Source: Obrimoposthia wandeli (Eukaryota). From it: a stretch of 64,000 nucleotides of DNA. The notes under the pieces are model-generated. The model worked only from the letters and a program-made list of their open reading frames with translations. It was not told the DNA's origin and did not search any database. The stretch is from assembly GCA_977020255.1 (NCBI GenBank), contig CDROCS010001674.1:186001-250000 (forward strand). Reading direction: 5' to 3'. Positions 18,412 to 28,916 of this stretch are shown here, piece by piece. The translations under genes were made by a program, and so were the position numbers. Position 1 is the first letter of the stretch, and every line of letters starts with the position of its first letter.

Positions 18412-20460
18412 ATGATCCCAGAAGTTGGACATTATGCATTAATACTTGGGTGTATCTTTGCTGTATTAGGCGGAACAATCCCTTTGTATGGCCTTATTAA
18501 AAAAGACTCATATCTTATCCGCTATGCGTGGCCGTTAAGCTATGGTGCTTTTTTCGCTATCTCATCTTCTATCGTATTACTCGGCTACAGCTTTGCGGTT
18601 GATGACTTTTCGGTTGCGTATATCGCGCATCATTCTAATTCGCAACTTCCTCAAGTGTTTAAAATTGCCGCCGTGTGGGGCGGACATGAAGGGTCATTTC
18701 TATTTTGGCTATTTTCACTTGCAGGTTGGAGCGCTGCTGTTGCCTTTGTCTATCAGTACAAAGCCCCTTCAGGTGTTAATCAACCAGAAAAACAAGTGCA
18801 GCATGAAGCTTTTATCGGGCGAGTGTTGGTTGTTCTTTCTCTGTTAATTGCCGCATTTAGTGTGTTTACGTTATTCACCTCGAATCCTTTTTTACGTTTA
18901 TTGCCTATGCCTTTGGAAGGACGAGATTTAAACCCAATGTTGCAAGATGTGGGGCTAATTTTTCATCCTCCTATGTTGTATCTCGGTTATGTCGGCTTTG
19001 CGGTGAGTTTCGCATTTGCCATTGCTGCGTTAACAACGTCGGCATCATCTGAACTGCCTTGGGCGGGCTGGAGTCGTCCTTGGGCATTAGCTGCGTGGGT
19101 ATTTCTAACCGGTGGTATTTCATTGGGTTCTTGGTGGGCATACTACGAACTGGGTTGGGGTGGTTGGTGGTTTTGGGATCCGGTCGAAAATGCCTCTTTA
19201 ATGCCTTGGTTAATGGGTACCGCTTTACTGCATTCGTTGATAATGACTGAAAAGCGAAATGCATTAACCAGTTGGACATTACTGCTGTCGATCTTTACCT
19301 TCTCGTTAAGTTTACTCGGCACATTTATCGTTCGTTCAGGTGTACTAACCTCTGTGCACGCGTTTGCTGTAGATCCAACCCGTGGTGTTGCATTGCTAAG
19401 TATTCTTGGTGTGGTGCTACTGAGTTCTTTGACGCTTTTTGCCTTAAAGGGCGGTCAATATATTAAGCCTGTTCGTTTTGGTTTCTTATCGCGTGAAGCT
19501 GCATTCTTGGCGGGTAACAGTTTATTTGCCGTTGCGACGTTCACGATTCTGATTGGCACCTTCTATCCAATGATATTCCAAGCATTTGGATTGGGAAATA
19601 TTTCAGTGGGTGCACCGTATTTTAATAGCCTGTTTGTGCCGCTCAGTTTCATTCTTTTTACCATCATGGGCTTAGCACCATTAATAAAATGGAAGAATGC
19701 GACATCAGATAATTTCATTATGGGTATTATTGCCCCATTGTCTGCCTCTGTGATCATTGGTGTTGCACTATCCGTGATGTTTGAACGAGGTATTAACCTT
19801 GTAGTCTGCATTGCCTTCATCATGGCATTGTGGGTTACGCTAACGTCCTTACAGGCGCTTTATATTGATCAAACGTCGCGTAAGCATTGGCAGTTTGATA
19901 GTCAATGTTGCCGCCAACTTGCTATGGTAACGGCACATATTGGTGTGGCAGTTGCGCTTGTCGGGGCAACGTTAGTCAGTTATTACGTCGAAGAAACCAA
20001 TAATAGAATGGGGCCGGGTAGCCAATTAGTCCTTGGCGATTACCAGTTTGATTACCAAGAAACGGAGTTATTAATTGGTCCTAATTATACCGCTGAACAA
20101 GCCAATATTGCAGTAACTCGGATTAATGGCGTTGATAATGATGCTGAACTTATTGGTTATATTAAGCCCCAGCGCCGGCATTACACGGTGCGAACAATGA
20201 ACATGAGTGAGCCGGGTATTCATTGGTTTTGGAAAGGTGATATTTATATAACGCTGGGTGACAAAATCAATAAAACAGATTACGCCGTGCGTATTCAATA
20301 TAAACCTTACGTTCGATGGTTATGGGTCGGCAGTTTATTGATGATGTTGGGTGGTGCTATGGCTGTACTTGCTCGTATTAGAATCATGGTGATGGCTAAG
20401 AAACAACAGCGTCAATGCCAAGAGGAAAAGCTCACATCAACAATTATTATGTGGAAGTAG
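18412..20460 (+). CDS. nrfE: Heme lyase NrfE (CcmF family)
   Basis: WGGHEGS, HPPMLYLGY, WWD motif WGGWWFWDPVENAS, SVHAF. Confidence 0.92.
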   Translation: MIPEVGHYALILGCIFAVLGGTIPLYGLIKKDSYLIRYAWPLSYGAFFAISSSIVLLGYSFAVDDFSVAYIAHHSNSQLPQVFKIAAVWGGHEGSFLFWLFSLAGWSAAVAFVYQYKAPSGVNQPEKQVQHEAFIGRVLVVLSLLIAAFSVFTLFTSNPFLRLLPMPLEGRDLNPMLQDVGLIFHPPMLYLGYVGFAVSFAFAIAALTTSASSELPWAGWSRPWALAAWVFLTGGISLGSWWAYYELGWGGWWFWDPVENASLMPWLMGTALLHSLIMTEKRNALTSWTLLLSIFTFSLSLLGTFIVRSGVLTSVHAFAVDPTRGVALLSILGVVLLSSLTLFALKGGQYIKPVRFGFLSREAAFLAGNSLFAVATFTILIGTFYPMIFQAFGLGNISVGAPYFNSLFVPLSFILFTIMGLAPLIKWKNATSDNFIMGIIAPLSASVIIGVALSVMFERGINLVVCIAFIMALWVTLTSLQALYIDQTSRKHWQFDSQCCRQLAMVTAHIGVAVALVGATLVSYYVEETNNRMGPGSQLVLGDYQFDYQETELLIGPNYTAEQANIAVTRINGVDNDAELIGYIKPQRRHYTVRTMNMSEPGIHWFWKGDIYITLGDKINKTDYAVRIQYKPYVRWLWVGSLLMMLGGAMAVLARIRIMVMAKKQQRQCQEEKLTSTIIMWK

Positions 20461-20467
20461 AGCAACT

Positions 20468-20998
20468 GTGATGAAAAAGACCCGATTTATTCCATTGGTA
20501 CTTGCTTCATTGGCTGGCATCTTGTTAGTGATAGGAATGAACAGTAAATCTGCTCCTACGGTGTCTCCTTTAGCGGATCGGCCTGTCCCTGATTTTGCCT
20601 TACCCAGTTTGCAGCAAGAACTGGACAGCATTACTCAAGCCAGTTTAAAAGGTGAAGTACAACTGCTGAATGTTTGGGCGTCGTGGTGCAGTATTTGTAA
20701 GTCTGAACATGCCTATTTACAACAATTGGCAGCAGAACAGTCTTTAAGCATTATTGGATTAAATTACCGTGATGAACGCAAAGCGGCACTAAATGAATTA
20801 GCCCAAACTGGTAACCCTTATAAAAAAGTGATTTATGATCCTAAAGGATCGTTAGCATTAGACCTTGGGGTGTACGGCACGCCAGAAACATACCTTATTG
20901 ATCAAAGAGGTATTATTCGACATCGCTATGTAGGGGCATTAACCCCGACTATTTGGGAGCAACAATTTGCGCCATTAGTTGCCCAATTAAAGGAATAA
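20468..20998 (+). CDS. dsbE: Thiol:disulfide interchange protein DsbE/CcmG
   Basis: NVWASWCSIC, GLNYRD, GVYGTPETY. Confidence 0.9.
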   Translation: MMKKTRFIPLVLASLAGILLVIGMNSKSAPTVSPLADRPVPDFALPSLQQELDSITQASLKGEVQLLNVWASWCSICKSEHAYLQQLAAEQSLSIIGLNYRDERKAALNELAQTGNPYKKVIYDPKGSLALDLGVYGTPETYLIDQRGIIRHRYVGALTPTIWEQQFAPLVAQLKE

Positions 20999-21000
20999 GC

Positions 21001-21519
21001 ATGATACGTCTTTATTTGAAGTCGTTGCATTTAGAGGATCCAAATTTGAATAAGTCTAAAGCGCCTTATTTAGCTTTGATCTTTGGTTTTATAACCGTGA
21101 TATTAAGCGTGTTATCACCTGTTCAAGCAAGCGGAGAACAAATTTTTATTGCCGCTGATAGCCAGTTAGTCGAGTCGGTTGAAACTTTTCAGTTTCGTTC
21201 GCCGCTTGAACATAAAAGGGCATTAGAATTAGCCAAAACCTTGCGCTGTCCACAATGTCAGAATCAAAACCTGATTGAATCAAACTCGCCAGTCGCCAAA
21301 GATTTACGCTTAAAAGTGTATCAAATGATTAATGCTGGCAGCTCTGATCAAGAAGTCATTGAATTTATGACAAGCCGCTTTGGTGATTTTGTTTTGTATC
21401 AACCCAAGTTCACCCCGCAAACGTATGTGTTATGGCTTGCGCCTTTTTTTATCTTACTTTTATTTGGCCTATTAGGTATTCGATCTATTCGTGCGAATAG
21501 ACGAGAAGACAAAGCTTAA
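21001..21519 (+). CDS. nrfF: Heme lyase complex subunit NrfF (CcmH N-terminal family)
   Basis: LRCPQCQNQ, RFGDFVLYQP, LWLAP. Confidence 0.88.
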   Translation: MIRLYLKSLHLEDPNLNKSKAPYLALIFGFITVILSVLSPVQASGEQIFIAADSQLVESVETFQFRSPLEHKRALELAKTLRCPQCQNQNLIESNSPVAKDLRLKVYQMINAGSSDQEVIEFMTSRFGDFVLYQPKFTPQTYVLWLAPFFILLLFGLLGIRSIRANRREDKA

Positions 21520-21524
21520 AGATA

Positions 21525-21596
21525 TATACCCAAGTTACCTTAACTAAACTTGCAGCTGCCACTTTAAATTTTGCATCTAGACGGAGTTTGGGTATA
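21525..21596. mobile_element. Short (72-bp) internally deleted MITE/ERIC-like element
   Basis: Begins TATACCCAAGTTACCT and ends TTTGGGTATA; lies 5 bp after the nrfF stop. Confidence 0.65.
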
Positions 21597-21801
21597 AACA
21601 TATTTATCATTACCTCGCTTGTATGAGAATTGAGCCATTCATATTTGTATGCCCCGCGGTTTTTTGCCTACACTGGTTTCGTTAGGTCATTGATATTGAT
21701 TAAAAACGAAAGAGTATACGGTGTACTGTATGTTTGGTGTGTAGTATTCAGAATGTATTAGTTATCCGTATGGTTATTCCTCGAATAAACAGGGTAGTTA
21801 A

Positions 21802-23907
21802 ATGAAAAATAAAGGAATTTTAGCTGTTGCAATAAGTTTTAGCCTTATTGTTGCCTCAACGGGAAATGTTTTTGCTAGCGGTGGTGGAGCAGTTCTTTCA
21901 GATCCCGGTGCCGCAGAAGGGAAGCATTTCGACCCCAAAGGTAAGTTACCATCCAGTTTTACTGTCGAAATACAGCAAGCCCTTCGTAAATCTCTTCCAT
22001 TATCGGATACCCGCGATTTTGATGAAGCCAAAAAAGGTTTTATCGCCGCCCCAGACTACAAACAAATTCAAGCAGAAGCAGGCAACGTAGCATGGGATAT
22101 GGCGAGCTACGAATGGCTACTTCAAGATAAAGAATTCGACAGTATTCACCCTTCGTTACAACGCCAAGCTGTATTAAACATGGCTTATGGTTTATATGAA
22201 GTGGTACCAGATAAAATTTATCAGGTACGCGGCTTTGATTTAGCCAATATTAGTTTTATTAAAGGTGATACCGGTTGGATTATTTTCGATCCGCTTACCG
22301 CGAAAGAAACCGCCGCAGCAGCGCTCAAATTTGTTAATGAACAATTAGGGGAGCGACCTGTCGTCGCCGTTGTTTATTCTCACTCACATGCCGATCACTT
22401 TGGCGGTGCGCGTGGGGTGGTGACTGATGAAGAGATTAAAGCCGGTAAAGTGCAGATTATTGCCCCAGAAGGCTTTATGGAGCACGCTGTATCAGAGAAC
22501 GTGTACGCCGGTAACGCAATGAACCGTCGAATGTTCTTTCAATATGGTGTGTTATTACCGCGTAGCCCTTTTGGGCATGTTGATCAGTCCATTGGTAAAA
22601 ACACAGCAGCAGGTACAACTGGGTTAGTGCCCCCTACGGTTTACATTAAAAATGACATCGAAGAGATGACCGTCGATGGCGTGAAAATGATTTTCCAAAA
22701 TACCCCAGGTACTGAAGCACCAGCTGAAATGAATACTTACTTCCCTGATTTAAAAACATTTTGGGCAGCAGAAAATATTACCGGCACTGTTCATAATATT
22801 TATACTCTTCGTGGGGCATTGATTCGAGATGCACTGGAATGGTCTAAACAAATCAATATTGCGTTGTATAAATTTGGTCAAGAGGCTGAAGTTATGTTTG
22901 CCTCACACAGCTGGCCGCGTTGGGGTAACGAACGTATTCAAGAAATTATGCGTTCGCAACGTGATATATACGCAAACTTAAATAACGAAGTGCTTCACCT
23001 TGCCAACCAAGGTGTCACGATTAATGAAATACATAATCAATATAAGCCACCGAAAAGCTTACAAGATCAATGGTCGGCTCACAGTTATCATGGCTCTGAA
23101 CAACATAATAGCCGTGCGGTTGTTAACCGTTATTTAGGTTATTGGGATGGAAACCCTGCCACTTTGATCCCTTTATCGCCGCGTGAGACAGGTCCGTTAT
23201 ATGTCGAAATGATGGGCGGAGCTGATAAGATCATTAAGAAAGGGCAAGAATTATATGACAAAGGTGAATACCTTCAAGCATCTGAAATTATAAATAAATT
23301 GGTTTACGGTGAGCCTGAAAACCAAAAGGGTAAGGATTTATTAGCCGATGTCTTTGAGCAAATAGGGTATCAGCAAGAAAGCCCAAGTGTACGAAATAGC
23401 TTCTTGGCTGCTGCTTTTGAATTACGCTCGGGTATTCCGACAGGTGCCTCGCCAAAAACATCGGGACCTGATGTTATTCGTGCGATGTCGACAAGCTTAT
23501 GGCTCGACTTCTTGGCTATTCGTTTAGACAGTGAAAAAGCGGATGGTATGCATTTCATCATCAATTTAGTCACGCCCGATAATGATGAAAAGTATGCAGT
23601 AGAGCTAAACAACTCTACGCTAACGAATATCAAAGGATACCTTGCCGATAAGCCTGATCTAACGCTGACGATTAATCGTTCAGATTTAGAGCAAGTAATG
23701 ATGGGGGCTATAAGCATGGATGAGCAGATTGATGCTGGTAAAGCGAAGCTAGAGGGAGATCGTAAGCCGATTGATCAGCTCAAAACAATGATGACTCAGT
23801 TTACACCTGACTTTGAGTTAATGCCGGGTACAAAAAAGGGTGAAAGCGAGAAAGTAGAACGTAATGCATTTGAGCAAGAGCCATTAGCTATCACTGATGG
23901 GGGTTAA
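21802..23907 (+). CDS. Alkyl/aryl sulfatase, SdsA1/BDS1 type (metallo-beta-lactamase fold with C-terminal SCP2-like domain)
   Basis: Signal peptide, SHSHADH, TPGTEAPAEM, HNIYTLRGA, HSYHG. Confidence 0.9.
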   Translation: MKNKGILAVAISFSLIVASTGNVFASGGGAVLSDPGAAEGKHFDPKGKLPSSFTVEIQQALRKSLPLSDTRDFDEAKKGFIAAPDYKQIQAEAGNVAWDMASYEWLLQDKEFDSIHPSLQRQAVLNMAYGLYEVVPDKIYQVRGFDLANISFIKGDTGWIIFDPLTAKETAAAALKFVNEQLGERPVVAVVYSHSHADHFGGARGVVTDEEIKAGKVQIIAPEGFMEHAVSENVYAGNAMNRRMFFQYGVLLPRSPFGHVDQSIGKNTAAGTTGLVPPTVYIKNDIEEMTVDGVKMIFQNTPGTEAPAEMNTYFPDLKTFWAAENITGTVHNIYTLRGALIRDALEWSKQINIALYKFGQEAEVMFASHSWPRWGNERIQEIMRSQRDIYANLNNEVLHLANQGVTINEIHNQYKPPKSLQDQWSAHSYHGSEQHNSRAVVNRYLGYWDGNPATLIPLSPRETGPLYVEMMGGADKIIKKGQELYDKGEYLQASEIINKLVYGEPENQKGKDLLADVFEQIGYQQESPSVRNSFLAAAFELRSGIPTGASPKTSGPDVIRAMSTSLWLDFLAIRLDSEKADGMHFIINLVTPDNDEKYAVELNNSTLTNIKGYLADKPDLTLTINRSDLEQVMMGAISMDEQIDAGKAKLEGDRKPIDQLKTMMTQFTPDFELMPGTKKGESEKVERNAFEQEPLAITDGG

Positions 23908-24159
23908 CGCTAGCAGTTAAATGACTGTCTGCTAAATGACTACCTGATACTTTTAAGAGGGAGGCGTTATATGTTTTTAACTAGAAAGAGAAGCAATAAC
24001 GTCTCCTTTTATTTATAAGATGGTGCTAATTAGCCAAAGTTGAGCAGATATTTATTTAAAATGATAAAAGCCCGTTAACTCTATTTCAGGCACTACAGTT
24101 CAAGGCTGTGATTGCGTATACTGACAAAACTGAATTTATACCAACATAGTGCAGCGAAT

Positions 24160-24654
24160 ATGATTATTTTCACCACCAATTTCGGCGATATTGAGATTGA
24201 ACTTGATATGAAGCAAACACCAGTCAGTTCAAGAAACTTTTTAAAGTATTGCCAAGATGGTTTTTATGACGGCACTATTTTCCACCGAGTAATTAAAGGA
24301 TTCATGATCCAAGGTGGTGGCTTTACTGTCGACATGCAAGAAAAGCCGACACGTGATGCTATTGTGAATGAAGCGAATCGTGGACTTAAAAATGTTGTTG
24401 GCAGCCTAGCAATGGCGCGAACAGATGCTCCGCATTCGGCGACTGGGCAGTTTTTCATTAACCTAGACGATAACGACTTTCTTGATTATACCGCTACGTC
24501 CAATGCTGGATGGGGTTATGCGGTATTTGGAAAGGTTAGCGCGGGTATGGATGTTGTTAATGCGATTGCTAAAACTAAAACAACCTCGAAATACGGTCAT
24601 GATGATGTACCGTGTGAAGCAATCATTGTTGAAAAAGTAACGATTGCAGAATAA
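24160..24654 (+). CDS. Cyclophilin-type peptidyl-prolyl isomerase (PpiB-like)
   Basis: FHRVIKGFMIQGGGF, AMART, QFFIN, YAVFGKV. Confidence 0.92.
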   Translation: MIIFTTNFGDIEIELDMKQTPVSSRNFLKYCQDGFYDGTIFHRVIKGFMIQGGGFTVDMQEKPTRDAIVNEANRGLKNVVGSLAMARTDAPHSATGQFFINLDDNDFLDYTATSNAGWGYAVFGKVSAGMDVVNAIAKTKTTSKYGHDDVPCEAIIVEKVTIAE

Positions 24655-24735
24655 CGTTGCTGTGCCTAACGTATAAGTTAAACCATTAGCGACTGCTGAT
24701 GGTAAACGGAACGTTAGACATTAAATTAAAAATTC

Positions 24736-24771
24736 AAAAGGAGGCATTATATTAATAATGCCTCCTTTTTT
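24736..24771. terminator. Bidirectional terminator
   Basis: AAAAGGAGGCATTAT...ATAATGCCTCCTTTTTT. Confidence 0.8.
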
Positions 24772-24815
24772 AATATGTATATATAACCGTAAGAACGCAA
24801 CTTAGGGTGTGACAG

Positions 24816-25547
24816 TTAACTACCGGTTGAAACTATTTCCCACGACCCATCTTGATTTTGACAAGCCGTACCGTAAGCATTTTCATTTTTCCCACCAACG
24901 GTGATCTTTTGCTGGAATTCACGACAATAACGACCACTGGTTGTTGTACCTTCGCGTGTCGCCGTTACTGAACCTGATGCGCCGCCGTCACTCCAGTTAA
25001 TTTGTTCATCAATAGGAGCTGTTGTGGCTTTCACCTGTGCTGCTTCGTGTTCTCTTTCTTGTTGTTCATTGAGGTTATCGAGCAGTTTTAACGTTATTGC
25101 GGTGAATGCTAACCATTTCCATGCATCGTTATCATTATAGTAATTACCATAACCATAATAGACATGACCATGTGGGCGAACGACAACGACATTTCGATAA
25201 GTACGGTGTCGGTTAGAGGGAACAACAACGGTATTATGTCGATTATTATTGATGACAACGTTATTGTTTTTATTGACGTGATTAATATTCACATCTTTAT
25301 TATTTATCTTTACGTCTTTATTTTTAATCTTTATGTCATTGCTTTTTAAGTTGTTTTGTATGTTCTTATTTACTCGCACCGAATCTTGCCTGTGAAGTGG
25401 GCGATTTTTAAGTTCGCCTTTTTTATCTGCAAATCTTCCTTCATTAGCAGACGCTATTTGAGACATAAAGGTAATGGAGACAATAGAACTTAATATGATA
25501 GCACATAACGAATTGCACTTAACTATTTGAAATATAGCCTTTTTCAT
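24816..25547 (-). CDS. Exported protein with C-terminal RT0821/Lpp0805 (17-kDa surface antigen-like) domain
   Basis: Signal peptide; C-terminal WSDG..SGSV...GRYCREFQQKITVGG...AYGTACQ..DGSW. Confidence 0.7.
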   Translation of the reverse strand: MKKAIFQIVKCNSLCAIILSSIVSITFMSQIASANEGRFADKKGELKNRPLHRQDSVRVNKNIQNNLKSNDIKIKNKDVKINNKDVNINHVNKNNNVVINNNRHNTVVVPSNRHRTYRNVVVVRPHGHVYYGYGNYYNDNDAWKWLAFTAITLKLLDNLNEQQEREHEAAQVKATTAPIDEQINWSDGGASGSVTATREGTTTSGRYCREFQQKITVGGKNENAYGTACQNQDGSWEIVSTGS

Positions 25548-25628
25548 TGCTTTATACTCTCACGTTAAACCTTAAGTTCTAAGTATAGTGAAGTGTTTGA
25601 ATTTTATCTTAATTAGGCGATGAATACT

Positions 25629-25829
25629 CTATGCCAATACGTAAGTAATCAACCCTAAAAATGCTAAGCAAGCACCACCAAAAAAACCAAATTCTATACG
25701 TTTTTCTACAACGCATTTAACGTGTTCTTTTTTTACTGTAAGCATCATGAATAAGCAGCCACCTGCTAATGCAAAAAGCAGTACGCCGATACTGAATAAT
25801 CCGGCTTGTAAAAAATCGATAAGTTCCAT
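25629..25829 (-). CDS. Small two-TM membrane protein
   Basis: 66 aa, two hydrophobic helices, AAGGA RBS. Confidence 0.6.
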   Translation of the reverse strand: MELIDFLQAGLFSIGVLLFALAGGCLFMMLTVKKEHVKCVVEKRIEFGFFGGACLAFLGLITYVLA

Positions 25830-26057
25830 GGTTATTTTTCCTTTTAGGCAATTTACTAATGCGTACCTAATTGTTAACCCTATATTTTTTATGGGCTTTG
25901 TGGCACGTCTATAATGTTGAGTGGCATCGATAATACACGTTAAAGAGTTGGGTGCAATCTGAGAACGGTAGGATGAGATCTAGTAGGGAATAAAAAGCCC
26001 TTGAGCATTTGAAGAACAAATTGGTCAAGGGCTTTATAGTGCGTTGCTAAATATTAG

Positions 26058-28478
26058 TTAATACGCAACATGTAACAACATTTCAATAGGGTAAGCGGCT
26101 GATACCACGACTTCATCTTGAATTTGTTGCGCTTCAGTAAGCAGTTTTTTAGCGGCATCTATATCGCTAGTTGTTAAAGGCTTCCCTGATTCAATGTGTT
26201 TGATGAGGTTAAGCCCTAGCTGCGACACTTGAGTAACATGCTTAGCCACGGGTTTAATGTCTTTTAATAAATAGTTACCGTCGACAATTGTCATTAATGC
26301 ATCGTTGTTATCAATCCAGCTTTGCAGTTGTTGTACTATTTGCGTTTTGGCTGTGGAATTTTTCGGGTTCACAATAAACGCTGTTACGTTCTTATTTAAC
26401 TGGCGAACTTCAAGGCTTTCTGGTGGAAGCGCATCCGCAAAACGGTTTAATGGATCAAATCGGTCATAGTTTTCATATGTCGATTTCTCGTGGTGACGGT
26501 GATAATACTGCGCTTGCTCAACGGCTTCTGCTAATACTTGTAGTGGTCGAATATCTTGACCATTAGCGAGGCGTTTCATTCCAACTAATGCATTCCACTC
26601 ATGCTGTAGCCCCACAGAAACGGTGGCCCAGTTGCCCATCGTTTCCATACGTTCATACATACTATCTTCATCGGTAATGGTTTCTGCCGACCACAAACGT
26701 TCAGCAATAACGTAAGAACGTGGCCACATACGAAGATCGATAGTATCGTCTTTAACATTTTCTGCCCATAAAGTGACTTCGCCACCCAGAATAAGGTGTT
26801 CTTGTTCTTTCTTTAATGCGACAGGGTAAGGTGCTGTTGGGTATTGGCTGTTCTTTATATCAGTACCAGCAATTTTCTGACCAGTCATTACATATTGTGC
26901 GTTGCCTACCACCATATGCCCGGTGAGTTTTCCATCCTGTAACTCAACACGTGGTTTAGTTTGTCCCATCCATGAATCCATCCAGAAAGAGGTAATACCT
27001 TGGGTGGTTTCAATATCAAAGATGGCACGACGAGAACGTCCTTTGTAATCAATAAAGCCACGACGAGTACCATCTTTAGATGTTATTAGCGTAAATGTAC
27101 CTGCAACAGCGCTGCCACGCTTACGTGGTGCTTCAAATTGCCACGTTTCCCAGCTTTCATCTGCGTGTACTTTATCATCAACCTGTAAAGGCTTAGGCAT
27201 TGGGTCATTACGGTAATGCATGGCTGCGGGTTGTGCTTGGTCGATGTAATATCCCGTAGATAAAATGCCTTGGTAGCCATCATTTGCGGACTCACCTAAT
27301 GAATCGTGTCCACGCCAAGATTGGATCACGATACTTTTTGGTAGATCAGGGTGGTAAGTTTCATCCCAACCAATCATTTTTCGATTGTGTTTTTTAAGAA
27401 TTTCTTCCACTTCTTGGTTAAAGTACGCGTGTAACTCGAGCGCATCTTTTAGTCCTTTCTCGGCCATAAATGCTTGTACGGCCTTACTGTCATTCCATTG
27501 CTTTGGATTTACTTCGTCGCCACCAATATGAATGTATTCATCTGGGAATAATTCAGTGACTTCACCAATGATTTTATCAATAAAGGTGTAAACCTCAGGT
27601 TTTGTTGGGTCGAGCAATGGTTCATGCACACCCCATTTACGTTCGATTTTATACTCTTTTATTTCGGTCATGAGTTCTGGGTAAGCTGCAGCAATTGCTG
27701 ATGCATGGCCAGGTAAGTCAACTTCAGGAATCACACGTATACCAAGATTTTTAGCATAAGCTACAACGTCTTTGATTTGTTTGCGAGTGTAGTAAAGACC
27801 GTCAGACCCTTTTTCGTGTAGGTTAGGGTAGGCCAAAGATTCAATACGCCAGCCCTGATCGTCTGTTAGGTGCCAATGGAAGGTATTAAATTTTGCAGAA
27901 GCCAAACCATCAATTTGACGTTTAATATCATCAACAGGAATGAAGTGGCGTGATGTATCAATTAACGCACCACGCCATGGAAAGCGAGGTGAGTCTTCAA
28001 TGTTAACTGCTGGTACTTCAGCACCATTAGGTGTGTTTTGTAAGAGCTGTAAGAATGTTTCGATGCCATGCAATGCTCCATAAGGTGTGTTGGCATTAAG
28101 AACTGCTTGGGTACTGCTCACATCTAGGCTGTAACTTTCGTCTTCTTTTTCTTGTTGAACATCTGTAAGAGCGCCAGCTTTAACATTGATAATTAATTGG
28201 GGTGTTTTATTAGCAGCTTGAATGGGCGTGGTTAAGAAGAAACCTGTTTGGCGTTCAATACGATTATTTAAACGTTGTACGGCAGACTCTAATCGCTCTG
28301 ATGTGAATCCGGTTAATTTAGCCGAAAAATCACGGTCAACAATTAGCCCCTTTGAATCACTCAATGTAACTTGCTGAGGGTAGGGCATAAGTTGAAGATC
28401 AGTATTAGGCTTATCAGCCAATGCAGGAAAGGCTGATATAATTAATGATAAAGAAAGTGCCAAAGGTTTCATCTTCAT
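26058..28478 (-). CDS. GH20 beta-N-acetylhexosaminidase (OngA-like by context)
   Basis: DSPRFPWRG, DTSRHF, HWHLTDDQGWR, catalytic HIGGDEV, GGEVTLWAE; signal peptide. Confidence 0.93.
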   Translation of the reverse strand: MKMKPLALSLSLIISAFPALADKPNTDLQLMPYPQQVTLSDSKGLIVDRDFSAKLTGFTSERLESAVQRLNNRIERQTGFFLTTPIQAANKTPQLIINVKAGALTDVQQEKEDESYSLDVSSTQAVLNANTPYGALHGIETFLQLLQNTPNGAEVPAVNIEDSPRFPWRGALIDTSRHFIPVDDIKRQIDGLASAKFNTFHWHLTDDQGWRIESLAYPNLHEKGSDGLYYTRKQIKDVVAYAKNLGIRVIPEVDLPGHASAIAAAYPELMTEIKEYKIERKWGVHEPLLDPTKPEVYTFIDKIIGEVTELFPDEYIHIGGDEVNPKQWNDSKAVQAFMAEKGLKDALELHAYFNQEVEEILKKHNRKMIGWDETYHPDLPKSIVIQSWRGHDSLGESANDGYQGILSTGYYIDQAQPAAMHYRNDPMPKPLQVDDKVHADESWETWQFEAPRKRGSAVAGTFTLITSKDGTRRGFIDYKGRSRRAIFDIETTQGITSFWMDSWMGQTKPRVELQDGKLTGHMVVGNAQYVMTGQKIAGTDIKNSQYPTAPYPVALKKEQEHLILGGEVTLWAENVKDDTIDLRMWPRSYVIAERLWSAETITDEDSMYERMETMGNWATVSVGLQHEWNALVGMKRLANGQDIRPLQVLAEAVEQAQYYHRHHEKSTYENYDRFDPLNRFADALPPESLEVRQLNKNVTAFIVNPKNSTAKTQIVQQLQSWIDNNDALMTIVDGNYLLKDIKPVAKHVTQVSQLGLNLIKHIESGKPLTTSDIDAAKKLLTEAQQIQDEVVVSAAYPIEMLLHVAY

Positions 28479-28916
28479 GTGTTGCCTCGGAATATATAAG
28501 GTTAGCAGTAACGGCTAACAAAATTGAATGCATGCGTAAAAGGAATTAATAACTGAGTTTGTCAGTTACAACTCGTTAGTAACTATCATATCCCGATGTG
28601 GTTACATTTATCAAATCGTCACAATTCAAAAAGTAACATTAAAATATTGGTTTTTAATCAGTGGTTTGTGATTATTTTTCTGCTTGTTTGATAGTTTCTA
28701 ACTTGGTATTTTTAATGCAGTGTGATCACTTTCAATAAATAAATTCATTTGAAAAGCTATTTAATAAATAGAGGGTTTAAATATGTCTAAATGTATTGGT
28801 ATTTTGTTTGTTAACGTTAAAATGTGTGATCTTAATTCCTATATTATGGATTTGTAATGAACGTTTTTTTAAAGCCGTTATTTATTCCAATTTTATGTGA
28901 TGTTAGTTTTACCTGA

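Noticed and set aside
28480-28910. Specific CRP, NagC or RpiR operators upstream of GH20
   Set aside because: Several TGTGA half-sites and short palindromes are present but none matches a full consensus convincingly.
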